DNA of 64,000 nt from Escherichia phage OES_C-1, in the sequence record PQ553088. One strand, given 5' to 3'. Made by a program: the position numbers and the translations under genes. Of the stretch, positions 30,594 through 41,086 are shown one piece after another (within the stretch, counting starts at the first letter, position 1; every line of letters starts with the position of its first letter). The notes under the pieces were generated by a model. That model was not told the origin of the DNA. It saw only the letters and a list, made by a program, of their open reading frames with translations, and ran no database searches.

Positions 30594-30841
30594 TCCTTCT
30601 CTCTGATGATAATTACCTGATTTGGCTGCGCAGACTTTTTAGTTTCACCTGCAATTGACCAAATAAATGTAATAAACCAACCAATAATTGACCAGTTAAA
30701 CAGCAAAGATGTGAAAAAGATTCCTACTGTCGATTTTGACCCACGCATTAAGGCAATGAACCAAGGAAGCATGTATATAATAATAGCCAACACACCTGAA
30801 ACTAAAACCATAAAAATTGAACCTGCTACTAAAGTTTCCAT
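30590..30841 (-). CDS. imm: Imm superinfection immunity membrane protein (83 aa)
   Basis: METLVAGSIFMVLVSGVLAIIIYMLPWFIALMRGSK... Confidence 0.85.
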   Translation of the reverse strand: METLVAGSIFMVLVSGVLAIIIYMLPWFIALMRGSKSTVGIFFTSLLFNWSIIGWFITFIWSIAGETKKSAQPNQVIIIREKE

Positions 30842-30848
30842 GTTTTCC

Positions 30849-31229
30849 TCACTTAGTCAAATTTTTTACGCATGAATTATAAGAATTTACTACATACTCC
30901 ATCGGAGCATTTTTACCAGTACGCCATTGATAATTATTAGCCCAATTAGCCCAAAGTTCGGCACAGTAACTTTCAATTTTTTCTTCACGTGTAATTACAT
31001 CCGAATTACGATATGCTTGAGCAGATTCATCTGGACGAATAGCTTCGTCAAAATTCGCCTGCATTTGTTCGACTGTTTGCTTTGGAGCTTCTTTATAACA
31101 CTTGACATTAGGATTATAAAATTTGCTTGAACAGTTTACAATTTTTCCTGCATCAGACTGATTTACTACCGGTCCTTGAGCTACACAACCAGTAAGACCT
31201 AATGCAATAACCAAAATAGCGATTTTCAT
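30849..31229 (-). CDS. putative lipoprotein (126 aa; LTGC lipobox)
   Basis: MKIAILVIALGLTGCVAQ... Confidence 0.5.
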   Translation of the reverse strand: MKIAILVIALGLTGCVAQGPVVNQSDAGKIVNCSSKFYNPNVKCYKEAPKQTVEQMQANFDEAIRPDESAQAYRNSDVITREEKIESYCAELWANWANNYQWRTGKNAPMEYVVNSYNSCVKNLTK

Positions 31230-31239
31230 AATAATTTCC

Positions 31240-31488
31240 TCAAATGCAAGTAGTAATTACTCCAGTAGTGCTTATGCAGGTATTACCCATTTGCACACCT
31301 AAAGATCCATTTGTATTCACATGAAGATTATCATCAATTTTAACTGATATTTTACCATTAGTGTGAATAACAGTGCTAGATTCAATCACAGGTTGAGTAT
31401 CATTTTCAACACTAACAAATGGAACTGCTGCTAATGCAACTAAACAAACTGCTAAGCATCCCATAACAATTTTCATTTTATTCTCCAA
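31240..31488 (-). CDS. putative secreted protein (82 aa, signal peptide)
   Basis: MENKMKIVMGCLAVCLVALAAVPFVSV...; downstream of promoter cassette. Confidence 0.5.
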   Translation of the reverse strand: MENKMKIVMGCLAVCLVALAAVPFVSVENDTQPVIESSTVIHTNGKISVKIDDNLHVNTNGSLGVQMGNTCISTTGVITTCI

Positions 31489-31510
31489 ATCCGTATTAGT
31501 TGATAGTTGT

Positions 31511-31540
31511 ATAGTACCATGGAAGAACAGTCTTGTAAAC
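31511..31540 (-). promoter_or_regulatory. T4-type early promoter (cassette family)
   Basis: gtaaac 31535-31540, atagta 31511-31516. Confidence 0.6.
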
Positions 31541-31627
31541 AGTTTTGTGAAAATTTTTTAGGGAATTCTAAAGGTCCAGAATCATCTGTTTTTCATAAGT
31601 ATAGATTTATATTACTTGTATGAAAAA

Positions 31628-31643
31628 GGGACCCGGAGGTCCC
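31628..31643 (-). terminator. hairpin downstream of gene 43 (GGGACC-UCCG-GGUCCC on transcript)
   Basis: gggacccggaggtccc. Confidence 0.5.
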
Positions 31644-31656
31644 TAGATTTATTCTA

Positions 31657-34353
31657 TCAGCCAAACAGGAAGTCTAACGAAGCTTTTTCTTCATAGTCCA
31701 TGCCAGCCGATTCACACATACCCGCAAGCGGTTTAACAAACGATTTTTGGAACAAAGTTGAGTAGTCAATCCAAGACAGTACGTCAGAACGAATTTCTTT
31801 TGGAAGTTCTGTACCCGACGGCCAAGCAATGCATTTGTCACCAAATGGATTTCCTTCACGCAATGGAAGAACCATTACTTTATTTCCATCCAAAATTGGA
31901 GCTACACCTAAACCGCTAACAGCTCGACGATAAGTTAGCACACCACGAATATGGAACGGACATTTAAATCCTGGCCAACCTTTATCATCATATTTCGCTA
32001 TATCGTTCGCAGTTTTTACTTCAGCAATAACTTTATAGTCAAGTTGACGATATTCTTTCTCGAAGTTCTTGTAATATTCTTGGACAGACTCTTCACCTTC
32101 CTGAAGAATACGACGAATACTTTCTTCGAGAGCTTCTTGGACCGCTTTAGGCGTTGAACTCTGCTGAGTTTCCATACCCATGATTTTTAGATGTGGTTCA
32201 GCAAAACGCTTATCTTCCATATCATAAACGTTCAGAGCATAACGCTTTTTCGCTTTCCAAAATCCACCAACGCCCTTTGAACCAAGTGGAGGGCAAGAAA
32301 TAGCTTCACGGTCCATATGCATCAGATGCTCGCGGTTATTCATATAATCACATAACTCACGATATGCAACATCAATCATAGGTTCCATCTTTTTCTTACC
32401 GAACTGATTCATGAATTCAACTAAATCGTTCTGCTCTTTGAATCGGTCAAGACCAACTTTTTCAATAACTTTATCTACACAAACATATACCGAATCAGTA
32501 TCACCTGCTGCAATGAAATCTTCGCCATTAGTTCCGCATACTTTATTCAGATATTCATTAATTTTACGAGCAATCCACTGAATACCAACTTGGCCGAAAA
32601 TTGTGATAGCAGTAGCATTTCGCAAATCATAGTAACGGAAATGAATATTACCAAGAGCACCATAAAGACTGTTAATAAGAATTTTACGGTTCAGCTGATT
32701 TGTATTAGCAAGTGTAGCTGCTTTTTCACATTCTTCAATCAAACTATTGAGAACAGATTCAGTATAATTCGATAGTTCATTTAAGAAATCATCACTGAAC
32801 TTAACATATCGTTCAACTTCAGGTTTAGTTGAACAAGACCCTGCGCCTTTCATAATAATCTTTTTAATAGCTTCGGCATTCATTTCTTCAGCGAACATTT
32901 TCTTTTTCCAGTCTTTACGCTGGAAAAATACTTTAGCGATTTCCTTTGGAATGATACCTTCTTGATGCTTATCATACATCCATCCATTCGGAGAACAAGA
33001 ATATTCATCACTCGGTTTAGGAGCTGTTCCTGCGATATATTCATGAATTGGATGAACTTTAAATTGTCCACGAATAGTTTCAGGACTAATGTTAACCTGA
33101 CGAATAATGCTAGGATATAGAGACGTCAAGTCAAAACTCATAATATATCGACGAGCAATTGGTTTAGGTTCAAACACAAATGCACCCGGAAAACTCTGTT
33201 TAACGTGCGAACCTTGTTGAGGAATAACCTTATGTTCACCTTTCAATGAGTTAAAAATAATAGCATCCCAAGTTTTAATAGGACTCATTACACCGGAAAA
33301 AGGCATTTTAGCATAATAAGACATACTTAAAACTAGATCGATAAACCCGCGAATTTTATCAATTGCTTGAACTGATTCTACGTCAATGATGTTATAACTA
33401 ATGTATCGTTGATGATTAGTCTCACGAAGTTTATTAATAGGACCATCATATGGTAATTTACCTTTTTTGGTTTCATGTTGAGCAACTGATTCCAAAGAGA
33501 ATGATGGCAAATTAGTAAATGCGAATTTCTTGTACAAATCTAAATAATCAAGAATAGATACGCCATCAATAGAATAAATTTCTTTGCTACCGTACATATT
33601 TTGAATTAGTTTAGATTTTACTCGACCGATTGGAGAGAAGCGTTTCATACTACGTTCACCGAGAACCATTTTAACACGATTCATGATATACGGAACGTCA
33701 AATCCCTCAATATTCCAACCGGTAAAAATAGCAGGTCGTTTCTGTTCCCAGAGATTAATATATTCCATGAGCATATCACGCTCATTATCAAATGGCATAT
33801 AAATTACTCGGTCAAGAATTTCTTGAGGAACTTCATCACCACCTTCACAGTCAAGTTTAGCAGCTAACTTTGCATCCCATTTTGATACTGAACCGTACAT
33901 TGAATTCAACAAATCAAAGACGTAAAAACGGTCGTCAATTGAATCATAATGAGTGATAGCATCAATTTCATATTCCGCTTTCATTGGGTCAGGAAATTTA
34001 TCACCAGTAACCTCAATGTCACAGTTAGCTACACGAACAAATTTTCGGTCATAAACAATTTCTGAACCATATGTATCACTGATATAAGCGAGTTTAAAAT
34101 CGTTCATACCAAGAGCTTCGAGACCGATGTCTTCCATTCGTTTCATCCAATCTCGGGCATCTTTCATTGATGGAAATTTTTGAGGAGCGCAATTTTTACC
34201 GTAAATGTCTTTGTACTTTGACTCTTCCTTACAATGCCTAAACATAGTCGGAAGATATTCTACTTCGCGAGTACGTTCCTTTCCATTTTCATCAATATAA
34301 CGTTCAACAATGTTATTTCCGACTGTTTCGATAGAGATATAAAATTCTTTCAT
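31657..34353 (-). CDS. 43: DNA polymerase gp43 (family B), 898 aa
   Basis: Exo and pol motifs (YGDTDS); MKEFYISIETVGNNIVERYIDENGKERTREVEYLPTMF... Confidence 0.95.
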   Translation of the reverse strand: MKEFYISIETVGNNIVERYIDENGKERTREVEYLPTMFRHCKEESKYKDIYGKNCAPQKFPSMKDARDWMKRMEDIGLEALGMNDFKLAYISDTYGSEIVYDRKFVRVANCDIEVTGDKFPDPMKAEYEIDAITHYDSIDDRFYVFDLLNSMYGSVSKWDAKLAAKLDCEGGDEVPQEILDRVIYMPFDNERDMLMEYINLWEQKRPAIFTGWNIEGFDVPYIMNRVKMVLGERSMKRFSPIGRVKSKLIQNMYGSKEIYSIDGVSILDYLDLYKKFAFTNLPSFSLESVAQHETKKGKLPYDGPINKLRETNHQRYISYNIIDVESVQAIDKIRGFIDLVLSMSYYAKMPFSGVMSPIKTWDAIIFNSLKGEHKVIPQQGSHVKQSFPGAFVFEPKPIARRYIMSFDLTSLYPSIIRQVNISPETIRGQFKVHPIHEYIAGTAPKPSDEYSCSPNGWMYDKHQEGIIPKEIAKVFFQRKDWKKKMFAEEMNAEAIKKIIMKGAGSCSTKPEVERYVKFSDDFLNELSNYTESVLNSLIEECEKAATLANTNQLNRKILINSLYGALGNIHFRYYDLRNATAITIFGQVGIQWIARKINEYLNKVCGTNGEDFIAAGDTDSVYVCVDKVIEKVGLDRFKEQNDLVEFMNQFGKKKMEPMIDVAYRELCDYMNNREHLMHMDREAISCPPLGSKGVGGFWKAKKRYALNVYDMEDKRFAEPHLKIMGMETQQSSTPKAVQEALEESIRRILQEGEESVQEYYKNFEKEYRQLDYKVIAEVKTANDIAKYDDKGWPGFKCPFHIRGVLTYRRAVSGLGVAPILDGNKVMVLPLREGNPFGDKCIAWPSGTELPKEIRSDVLSWIDYSTLFQKSFVKPLAGMCESAGMDYEEKASLDFLFG

Positions 34354-34411
34354 AGATATTCCTTAGTTTATAGCCCGAGTTATTAGGCTCTTGATATATT
34401 ATACTCCAAAT

Positions 34412-34429
34412 AAGGGGCCGAAGCCCCTT
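34412..34429 (-). terminator. UUCG-tetraloop hairpin downstream of regA
   Basis: aaggggccgaagcccctt. Confidence 0.55.
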
Positions 34430-34431
34430 GC

Positions 34432-34800
34432 TTAATTACCAATCGTATATTTAGGAACGAGTTTCCATTCATGTTTTTGTTTAAAAGAAATAACTCGGAA
34501 GTTATTAGTTAAATCTTTCATAAAAGTTCTTTGTCCAGGAACGATTTCAATCAGTCCCCAATCTTCTAACAGCCATGCAATCGAATCACGACGAACTTCA
34601 TCTTCTTCTGTCATTTCAACTTGACGGCCATCCATACGAAGCATTTCTTTAAAATGAACGATATAGTATAGTCCTTTTTTCTGAAGAATATGACAGGACT
34701 GATACAGAACTTTATCTTTATTATTAGCAATTCCCATACGAGTCAAAGTTTCTTTTACTTTCAGAAAATCTTCAGGTTTTTTAAGAGTAATTTCAATCAT
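34432..34800 (-). CDS. regA: RegA translational repressor (122 aa)
   Basis: MIEITLKKPEDFLKVKETLTRMGIANNKDKVLYQSCHILQKKG... Confidence 0.9.
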   Translation of the reverse strand: MIEITLKKPEDFLKVKETLTRMGIANNKDKVLYQSCHILQKKGLYYIVHFKEMLRMDGRQVEMTEEDEVRRDSIAWLLEDWGLIEIVPGQRTFMKDLTNNFRVISFKQKHEWKLVPKYTIGN

Positions 34801-34801
34801 T

Positions 34802-35365
34802 TTACCATTCCAATGCTAGTTTTTTGAGTTGTTTCTGTTCTTTTACGTTCTTAGTCACTTCTTTCAAAAAATCATCCGTGACTAATCCTTTAAGTTCTTT
34901 TAATACTAAAGGTAGTTTTCCATTTTTAGTAAGAATTGATTTATAGTTAATTGCATCATTTGTATTAACTTGATACCGTTTAGCAAGTAACTTAATAATC
35001 AATACTTCGGTAGAATCTTCAACCAGTTTTGCCCATTTACCATATCTTTTACCACGAGGAACTGCAGCCATTAGATAATTAAAATGGGCTTCATCACTTA
35101 AGCCTGATCCAATTAAATTCATAGCATATACAGCTGGCATGCACTCTGGAAATTGTGATAATGCATTTTCAACCATGAATTTTGAATAATCTTTTTGAGC
35201 AATAGAGCATTTAGTTTTATTATTAATAGCTCCAATTATTTCAAAAAACTCATTTTCAGCTTTTTCTTTAAAAGAATCAGCAGCGGATTGGACAGCTGTC
35301 CAATCTTTTGAATACCAAGCAACTTGATGCTCGTTTAATTGAATATCATCTTCAAATAAGCTCAT
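34802..35365 (-). CDS. 62: clamp loader small subunit gp62
   Basis: [22 protein letters not shown]...; start at internal ATG. Confidence 0.85.
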   Translation of the reverse strand: MSLFEDDIQLNEHQVAWYSKDWTAVQSAADSFKEKAENEFFEIIGAINNKTKCSIAQKDYSKFMVENALSQFPECMPAVYAMNLIGSGLSDEAHFNYLMAAVPRGKRYGKWAKLVEDSTEVLIIKLLAKRYQVNTNDAINYKSILTKNGKLPLVLKELKGLVTDDFLKEVTKNVKEQKQLKKLALEW

Positions 35366-35366
35366 A

Positions 35367-36326
35367 TCACTTCCACTGCATTTCACATGCCAATTGAATG
35401 AAAAGATATGCTAAATGTAATTCAGTATTAGCCGCAATTCCATGATACTGGTTATTTTCACCAACAATTTCATACATACGAATAATACTTTGCGGAGTTA
35501 CGCGTGTATAGATTTCTTCGGCAAGTTTACCTACGAACCACGAATAATCAGCTGCATATTTTGGTGCTAAAGCTCTGAGCTGTTTAACATCTTTATTTTT
35601 GAGAGACTCAAGAACATCATCAATAGCACCACGATCGTTAGTAACCAGTGATAAAATACCAGCATCCAAAACACCTTTAGATGAATAACTATCGAGCTCG
35701 CCAATAGTTTTACGAAAATCAGGAAAATTCTTTTTAACCAAAGCTGCTACAACTTTCATATCAGCTATAGCAATTCCTTCACGCTTACAGATTTCAGTCA
35801 ATCGACGAATCATCTGCTTCATCATTTCAATTTTATCTTCATCGGTCGGTTGACCGAACGTAATAACTCGGCAGCGTGACTGAAGAGGTTTAATAATACC
35901 ATCAATATTGTTAGCAGTAATAATAATACTACAGTTTGAACTATAAGCTTCCATAAAGGAACGAAGATGTCGCTGAGACTCTGCTAATCCTGAACGGTCA
36001 AATTCATCAATAACGATTACTTTTTGACGACCATCAAATGAAGCTGCACTAGCAAAATTAGTCAAAGGACCACGAACGAAATCAATTTTACAATCTGACC
36101 CATTCACAAACATCATATCAGCATTTACATCATGACACAATGCTTTTGCTACGGTTGTTTTACCTGTTCCTGGAGAAGGAGAATGAAGAATAATATGTGG
36201 AATCTTACCTTTACTTGTAATAGATTTAAAGGTTTCTTTATCAAAGGCGGGAAGAATACATTCATCGATAGTAGATGGACGATATTTCTGTTCAAGAATG
36301 TGTTCTTTTTCATTTACAGTAATCAT
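35367..36326 (-). CDS. 44: clamp loader large subunit gp44 (AAA+)
   Basis: [28 protein letters not shown]..., Walker A GTGKTT. Confidence 0.9.
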   Translation of the reverse strand: MITVNEKEHILEQKYRPSTIDECILPAFDKETFKSITSKGKIPHIILHSPSPGTGKTTVAKALCHDVNADMMFVNGSDCKIDFVRGPLTNFASAASFDGRQKVIVIDEFDRSGLAESQRHLRSFMEAYSSNCSIIITANNIDGIIKPLQSRCRVITFGQPTDEDKIEMMKQMIRRLTEICKREGIAIADMKVVAALVKKNFPDFRKTIGELDSYSSKGVLDAGILSLVTNDRGAIDDVLESLKNKDVKQLRALAPKYAADYSWFVGKLAEEIYTRVTPQSIIRMYEIVGENNQYHGIAANTELHLAYLFIQLACEMQWK

Positions 36327-36358
36327 AATTTCCTCATTCAAGTTTTAGTGTAAATTAT

Positions 36359-36376
36359 AAAGGGCCGAAGCCCTTT
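36359..36376 (-). terminator. UUCG-tetraloop hairpin downstream of gene 45
   Basis: aaagggccgaagcccttt. Confidence 0.55.
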
Positions 36377-36377
36377 A

Positions 36378-37064
36378 TTAAAAATCATGGGTAGAATCAG
36401 CTTCAAGAGCTACTACATAATTCGCATGTTCACCTTCAAATTTAGCAGCGCCTTGTTTACCTTTTGCCCAGAGAAGAAGTTTATAATTTCCTGGTTGCAT
36501 TTTCATATTTGCCATATTGATAATGAAATTAAATGTATTTTCACCATCATAATCACCAAGAGTCAAAGAATATTTAACACGGGTCAAAGCAGAATCTTCT
36601 ACTTTATTAAAACCGTTAATTACGATTTTACCTTCTTTTACTGTGATAGCAATTGTATCAATTTGCAGACCGCGAGATACACGCAATAGCTGTTGAAGGT
36701 CTTCAGCTTTAATTTCAGTAACAACAGATGCTACCGGGAATGGAATTGGTTTATTAGGAGCAACTACTGTACTCGGATCGGCTGCTGGCCAAAAAATTGT
36801 TGAACGAGCATCAGCAATTTTAATATTACCATCTTCTGACTGGGAAATTTCTGCATCGTCATTAACTAGAGACAGAATACCGAGAAAACCGTTCAAATCG
36901 TAAATCGCTACATCAAAATCAATAGTGTCAGAAATATTTGCTTCTGCATAAGTTGTACCATTAACCGCGCGAGTCATAATAAATTGACCAGATTTAAGCA
37001 TAATACCAGAGTTAATAGTAGCGAAATTTTTAAGCAGAGCAGTAGTATCTTTAGACAGTTTCAT
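36378..37064 (-). CDS. 45: sliding clamp gp45 (228 aa)
   Basis: MKLSKDTTALLKNFATINSGIMLKSGQFIMTRAVNGTTYAEANISD... Confidence 0.9.
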   Translation of the reverse strand: MKLSKDTTALLKNFATINSGIMLKSGQFIMTRAVNGTTYAEANISDTIDFDVAIYDLNGFLGILSLVNDDAEISQSEDGNIKIADARSTIFWPAADPSTVVAPNKPIPFPVASVVTEIKAEDLQQLLRVSRGLQIDTIAITVKEGKIVINGFNKVEDSALTRVKYSLTLGDYDGENTFNFIINMANMKMQPGNYKLLLWAKGKQGAAKFEGEHANYVVALEADSTHDF

Positions 37065-37119
37065 GTAATTTCCTTCAATTCAAATGAGATTTAATTTTAT
37101 AACTAATTTAATAAAGCAA

Positions 37120-37509
37120 TTAACGATTAAAATCAGCAGCAATTGTTTCAGCAACAATTTGAGCAGCAACAATTAGACGTTCATCTGCATTACCACAATA
37201 ATCGTCTTCAAGGCGTTCACCACATGAAGTCATAATAAATTTAGCACCAGCATTTAGAGATTCTGTCGTATGTTTGCGCATTAGTTCAATCCATTTATTA
37301 CTTACTTCACGATCGATAGCTTCATAATACGCATGACGAGCAGGTGCAGATTTAATTTTGTTCTGAATAACTTCCATTGCGTTATCAGAAAGAGACAAAA
37401 CCCATGCTCGACGAATTTTATTTTGGTTTTGTGGATTTGAATCAGAACGCACGTGTTTTGGCTGAATATCTTTTACATCAACAGTATAATTCACAGTAAT
37501 TTTAGTCAT
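37120..37509 (-). CDS. rpbA: RpbA (RNA polymerase-binding protein A)-position ORF, 129 aa
   Basis: Position between 45 and 46; size as T4 RpbA. Confidence 0.6.
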   Translation of the reverse strand: MTKITVNYTVDVKDIQPKHVRSDSNPQNQNKIRRAWVLSLSDNAMEVIQNKIKSAPARHAYYEAIDREVSNKWIELMRKHTTESLNAGAKFIMTSCGERLEDDYCGNADERLIVAAQIVAETIAADFNR

Positions 37510-37518
37510 AATACACCT

Positions 37519-37707
37519 TTAGTCATAATAATCAGTAACAGTCCAAGCTTCATTTCTGTTGGACATTATTTTCGTATATTCTGATTTAAATGCATTCTTA
37601 AGCATAGATTCAGTAACTATATGCTCTTCATTAGAAAAATTATTTCTCAGAATATATCGTTTTATTTCAGGAATAGTTAATAGATGCTGTCCAGTTGAAT
37701 ATTCCAT
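37519..37707 (-). CDS. hypothetical protein (62 aa)
   Basis: Track ORF. Confidence 0.45.
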   Translation of the reverse strand: MEYSTGQHLLTIPEIKRYILRNNFSNEEHIVTESMLKNAFKSEYTKIMSNRNEAWTVTDYYD

Positions 37708-37762
37708 GTTTTTCCTCCATAGAGATTATACTCTAATAAATTAAAGCATAATCTCTTATAAA

Positions 37763-39445
37763 TTAAACCATTACAGTAAACCGACCAACTTTCTTCATTT
37801 GAAGATGCTGACCATATGCTTGCGGATCATGGTCTCTATGCGAAATAACAAAAACATTAGTATTTTTTAAACTATCTAAAATAGTTGAAATAGCTTTTAC
37901 ACCTTCAACATCAGTTGCTGAATCAAAAACTTCATCGAGAATTAGTGTGTTTATTTTAACACCTGAAACTTTTTCAGCAATATCACGCCAAGTAAATAAA
38001 AGAGCAATATCAATTCGTGCTTTTTCACCTTGACTAAATGAAGCATAACTAAAATCTTCACGACCACGGGATTTAATTGTCTCATTAAATTCTTCATCTA
38101 ATGTAAACACATAATCCGCTTCCATTATTTTAAGATAATGGTTAATTTGCTTATTAAATAATGGAATGTACTTTTTAATAATAGCACCTTTAATACCAGA
38201 ATCTTTGAGCATATCAGTCAAAATTCCTCTATGGTATTTTTCCATTACTAAATTAGTTTTTGTCTTAACAATTTTATCAAGTTCTTCTTGAAGCAGTGCT
38301 ATTTCATCAGCATGGTCAATAAACTCAGATGATGCTTTTTCTATAGCCGCTTTAACTTTTTTAGCTTTATCTACCGTCGTGATTAAGGATTGCTTTTTAT
38401 TGCGAATATCATTTGCCAATGACTGTTGGGTTTTAATATTATCTCGGTATTCGTCAACAAGAACTTTTAAATTATCACGATGTGCTGAAAGCTGTTCAAA
38501 CGAATGCGTGCATTCAGAAACTTTATCTTTAATTTTAGAAACAACTTTATCACCGGAACTTAATTGTGACAAACAGGTTGGACATAATCCACCTTCGTGA
38601 TACATATTAATGACTTTATTATATGAGTCAATTTTTGATTTAATTAAAAATGCTTCTTGACCGATTTTATTAAATGCATCAGTCGGGTCTTCATCTAAAA
38701 CAATATTAACTAATCTTTCATTAGCTTCTTCTATTTCCGATTTTAGCGTTCTAGCTTCCTTTGCCAAATCGTCATACATATTCTGCAGACGAGTAAGGTT
38801 GTCACCAGACAATTTTTTCTGGCGTTCAACATTATCGTTATATATTTTAATTTGTTGGATAATACTATCTTTTTTAACATCAAGCACTTGGTTTTGTGAA
38901 TTTAATTCACGTATTAGTGCTTTATTAAGCTTATCCATTTCAGCTAATGTTCCTACTTCGAGCAGGTCTTCGACAAGTTTTCTTCGCGCAGGGGTCGACA
39001 AACCCATGAAAGGGGTATACCCTGCTGTACCAAGGACAACAATCTGCTTGAAACTGGCGTATGACATTCCGATAAGCTGTTCAAATTCTGCTTGGAAATC
39101 TTTACTGCTGGCAGATTCATTAAGACGTGTACCGTTAACGGTGATTTCGAAAACGTTTGGTTTTTGTCCTCTTTTGATATAGTACTTTTTCTCGTCATAT
39201 TCCATCCACAGTTCAACTAAAAGTTCTTTCTTATTTGTACTGTTTATTAATTGGCCTTTCTTTACATCACGAAATGGCTTGCCAAAAAGCCCAAATGTGA
39301 TGGCTTCTAACATAGTAGACTTACCACCGCCATTTCGTCCAGTAATAAGAGTTTTTTGAACCTTATCTAATTGAATGTCAATAGGATTTCCACCTACTGA
39401 CATTATGTTTTGATACCTAACTCGGTTTAGTTTAAAATTCTTCAC
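37763..39445 (-). CDS. 46: recombination endonuclease subunit gp46 (Rad50/SbcC-like ATPase), 560 aa
   Basis: Walker A GRNGGGKST, coiled-coil middle region. Confidence 0.9.
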   Translation of the reverse strand: MKNFKLNRVRYQNIMSVGGNPIDIQLDKVQKTLITGRNGGGKSTMLEAITFGLFGKPFRDVKKGQLINSTNKKELLVELWMEYDEKKYYIKRGQKPNVFEITVNGTRLNESASSKDFQAEFEQLIGMSYASFKQIVVLGTAGYTPFMGLSTPARRKLVEDLLEVGTLAEMDKLNKALIRELNSQNQVLDVKKDSIIQQIKIYNDNVERQKKLSGDNLTRLQNMYDDLAKEARTLKSEIEEANERLVNIVLDEDPTDAFNKIGQEAFLIKSKIDSYNKVINMYHEGGLCPTCLSQLSSGDKVVSKIKDKVSECTHSFEQLSAHRDNLKVLVDEYRDNIKTQQSLANDIRNKKQSLITTVDKAKKVKAAIEKASSEFIDHADEIALLQEELDKIVKTKTNLVMEKYHRGILTDMLKDSGIKGAIIKKYIPLFNKQINHYLKIMEADYVFTLDEEFNETIKSRGREDFSYASFSQGEKARIDIALLFTWRDIAEKVSGVKINTLILDEVFDSATDVEGVKAISTILDSLKNTNVFVISHRDHDPQAYGQHLQMKKVGRFTVMV

Positions 39446-39705
39446 AAAAGATTCCTTTTAATGTATCTTTTAGACCATTCTATCATATCATCATAATCTA
39501 AAAAGTATTCATCAAATTCAGCCATGCAAACAACGCCTTGTGCTGTTTTTGATGTAATATAAATTATTCCAACATATCTAGAATCTTCTTCGGTATAATC
39601 AATGTTTGCTATGAATTCATCATTAATGTCAAATGTCGAAAACTTCACAGTATGCATCCTTAATACAAGATACGGCCATATCTCGCAATGATTTAGGTGT
39701 GTCAT
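39442..39705 (-). CDS. hypothetical protein (87 aa)
   Basis: Track ORF. Confidence 0.45.
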   Translation of the reverse strand: MTHLNHCEIWPYLVLRMHTVKFSTFDINDEFIANIDYTEEDSRYVGIIYITSKTAQGVVCMAEFDEYFLDYDDMIEWSKRYIKRNLL

Positions 39706-39892
39706 TATCTAAAATGTTGAAGTTAAAAGATACAGCCCAGTCAGTGCAGACCGTGACCTTTTTAATACAATTATCTTCAACCTCTAGCGGTTCAAACCAA
39801 TATTCAATAATTTCTTTATGCCCAATATCATCTTTTACTTCGCATTCAAAATGCTGACTCATCATAACATTTTTAAATTCATCAAAAGTCAT
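39629..39892 (-). CDS. hypothetical protein (87 aa)
   Basis: Track ORF. Confidence 0.45.
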   Translation of the reverse strand: MTFDEFKNVMMSQHFECEVKDDIGHKEIIEYWFEPLEVEDNCIKKVTVCTDWAVSFNFNILDNDTPKSLRDMAVSCIKDAYCEVFDI

Positions 39893-40908
39893 TGTGTTGC
39901 CTCTACATATAACTGATTTGCATATTGAATAAGTGCTTCACGGTCAGAATCAGTGATGTCTGGAATTGCATTAATGTATTCTTCCATCAACGTCTGAAGA
40001 GATTGAACTTCAACTTCTTCACTGTCATCTGACTCGACAGAGTTATCAATTTTTGACACAACTCGTAATGAATGCACAACTTTTTCTAGTTCAGATTCGA
40101 ACTTCGTTAGATTTTTGTCTACTTCAGTTACTATAACACGTACTGATAGATTTGTAAAATCTTTATAGTCAATTTTTCCTTTAAATGGATAATGAATTCT
40201 ACGATGCCAGGTAGTGTTGTTTGGAATAAATTCCATTCGTTCTGTTTCTGTATCAAACATCCAGAACCCACGAGGGTCATTCTCGTCACCGGCAGTTAGT
40301 GTCCATGGTGTCCCAATATATCTGACGTTAGCAGCCTCAGAGATAGTATGGAAGTGACCAGACCACACCTCTTTATAAGTCTTAAGGAAATCAGGTTCAA
40401 GACCATGAGATTTCATTCCTTTATAAAAATAAAATCCATTCAGTTCCCAGTGACCAACACAAAAAGAAGCAGATGAAGTTTTGATATGCTCAAGAATTTC
40501 ACCAGTATTTTCTTCACACATCCAAGGAATTAAATCAATTAAACATCCGTCAAAATCTACTGTAGTAGGCTTATCATATACTTTAACATTAGGATATTTA
40601 GCCAAAAGCTCAGTAGAGGCATTTGGATGCATTACATTTTTATAGTGGAGATCGTGATTTCCTACAATAGTATGTAATGTGATTCCAGCACCATCAAGCA
40701 TTTGAACTATTTCACGGGCAAACTCCATAGTTTTATGCGTGATTGCTTTTCGCACATCAAAAATATCACCATATTGAATCCATACAGTAATTCCATTTTT
40801 CTTAGAATATTCTATCGCTTGCTTAATTCCATCAATTTGAATACCGCGAATCCACTCATCATCAGCTTTAACGCCTAAATGCCAATCACCTAAATTTAAA
40901 ATTTTCAT
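39889..40908 (-). CDS. 47: recombination endonuclease subunit gp47 (Mre11/SbcD-like), 339 aa
   Basis: MKILNLGDWHLG... phosphoesterase motifs. Confidence 0.9.
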   Translation of the reverse strand: MKILNLGDWHLGVKADDEWIRGIQIDGIKQAIEYSKKNGITVWIQYGDIFDVRKAITHKTMEFAREIVQMLDGAGITLHTIVGNHDLHYKNVMHPNASTELLAKYPNVKVYDKPTTVDFDGCLIDLIPWMCEENTGEILEHIKTSSASFCVGHWELNGFYFYKGMKSHGLEPDFLKTYKEVWSGHFHTISEAANVRYIGTPWTLTAGDENDPRGFWMFDTETERMEFIPNNTTWHRRIHYPFKGKIDYKDFTNLSVRVIVTEVDKNLTKFESELEKVVHSLRVVSKIDNSVESDDSEEVEVQSLQTLMEEYINAIPDITDSDREALIQYANQLYVEATQ

Positions 40909-41068
40909 ATATCAAGAACCGTCATTGAAATGCAAAATAAAATTATTGAAATAAACCCATCTGGCGTGCTAAAGAACCCAATCCAACATGCTCTAGTGAA
41001 TAGATAAAATGCAAGAAAAAGTATCACATATCCAAGAAATATCATTATATCAAACTCCGTATAAAGCT

Positions 41069-41086
41069 AAAGGGCCGAAGCCCTTT
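41069..41086 (-). terminator. UUCG-tetraloop hairpin overlapping a-gt stop
   Basis: aaagggccgaagcccttt. Confidence 0.55.

Noticed and set aside
31951-33071. Track ORFs inside gene 43 on either strand (31674..31859, 31951..32157, 32590..32775, 32880..33071)
   Set aside because: Embedded in the DNA polymerase coding sequence; spurious alternate-frame or antisense ORFs.
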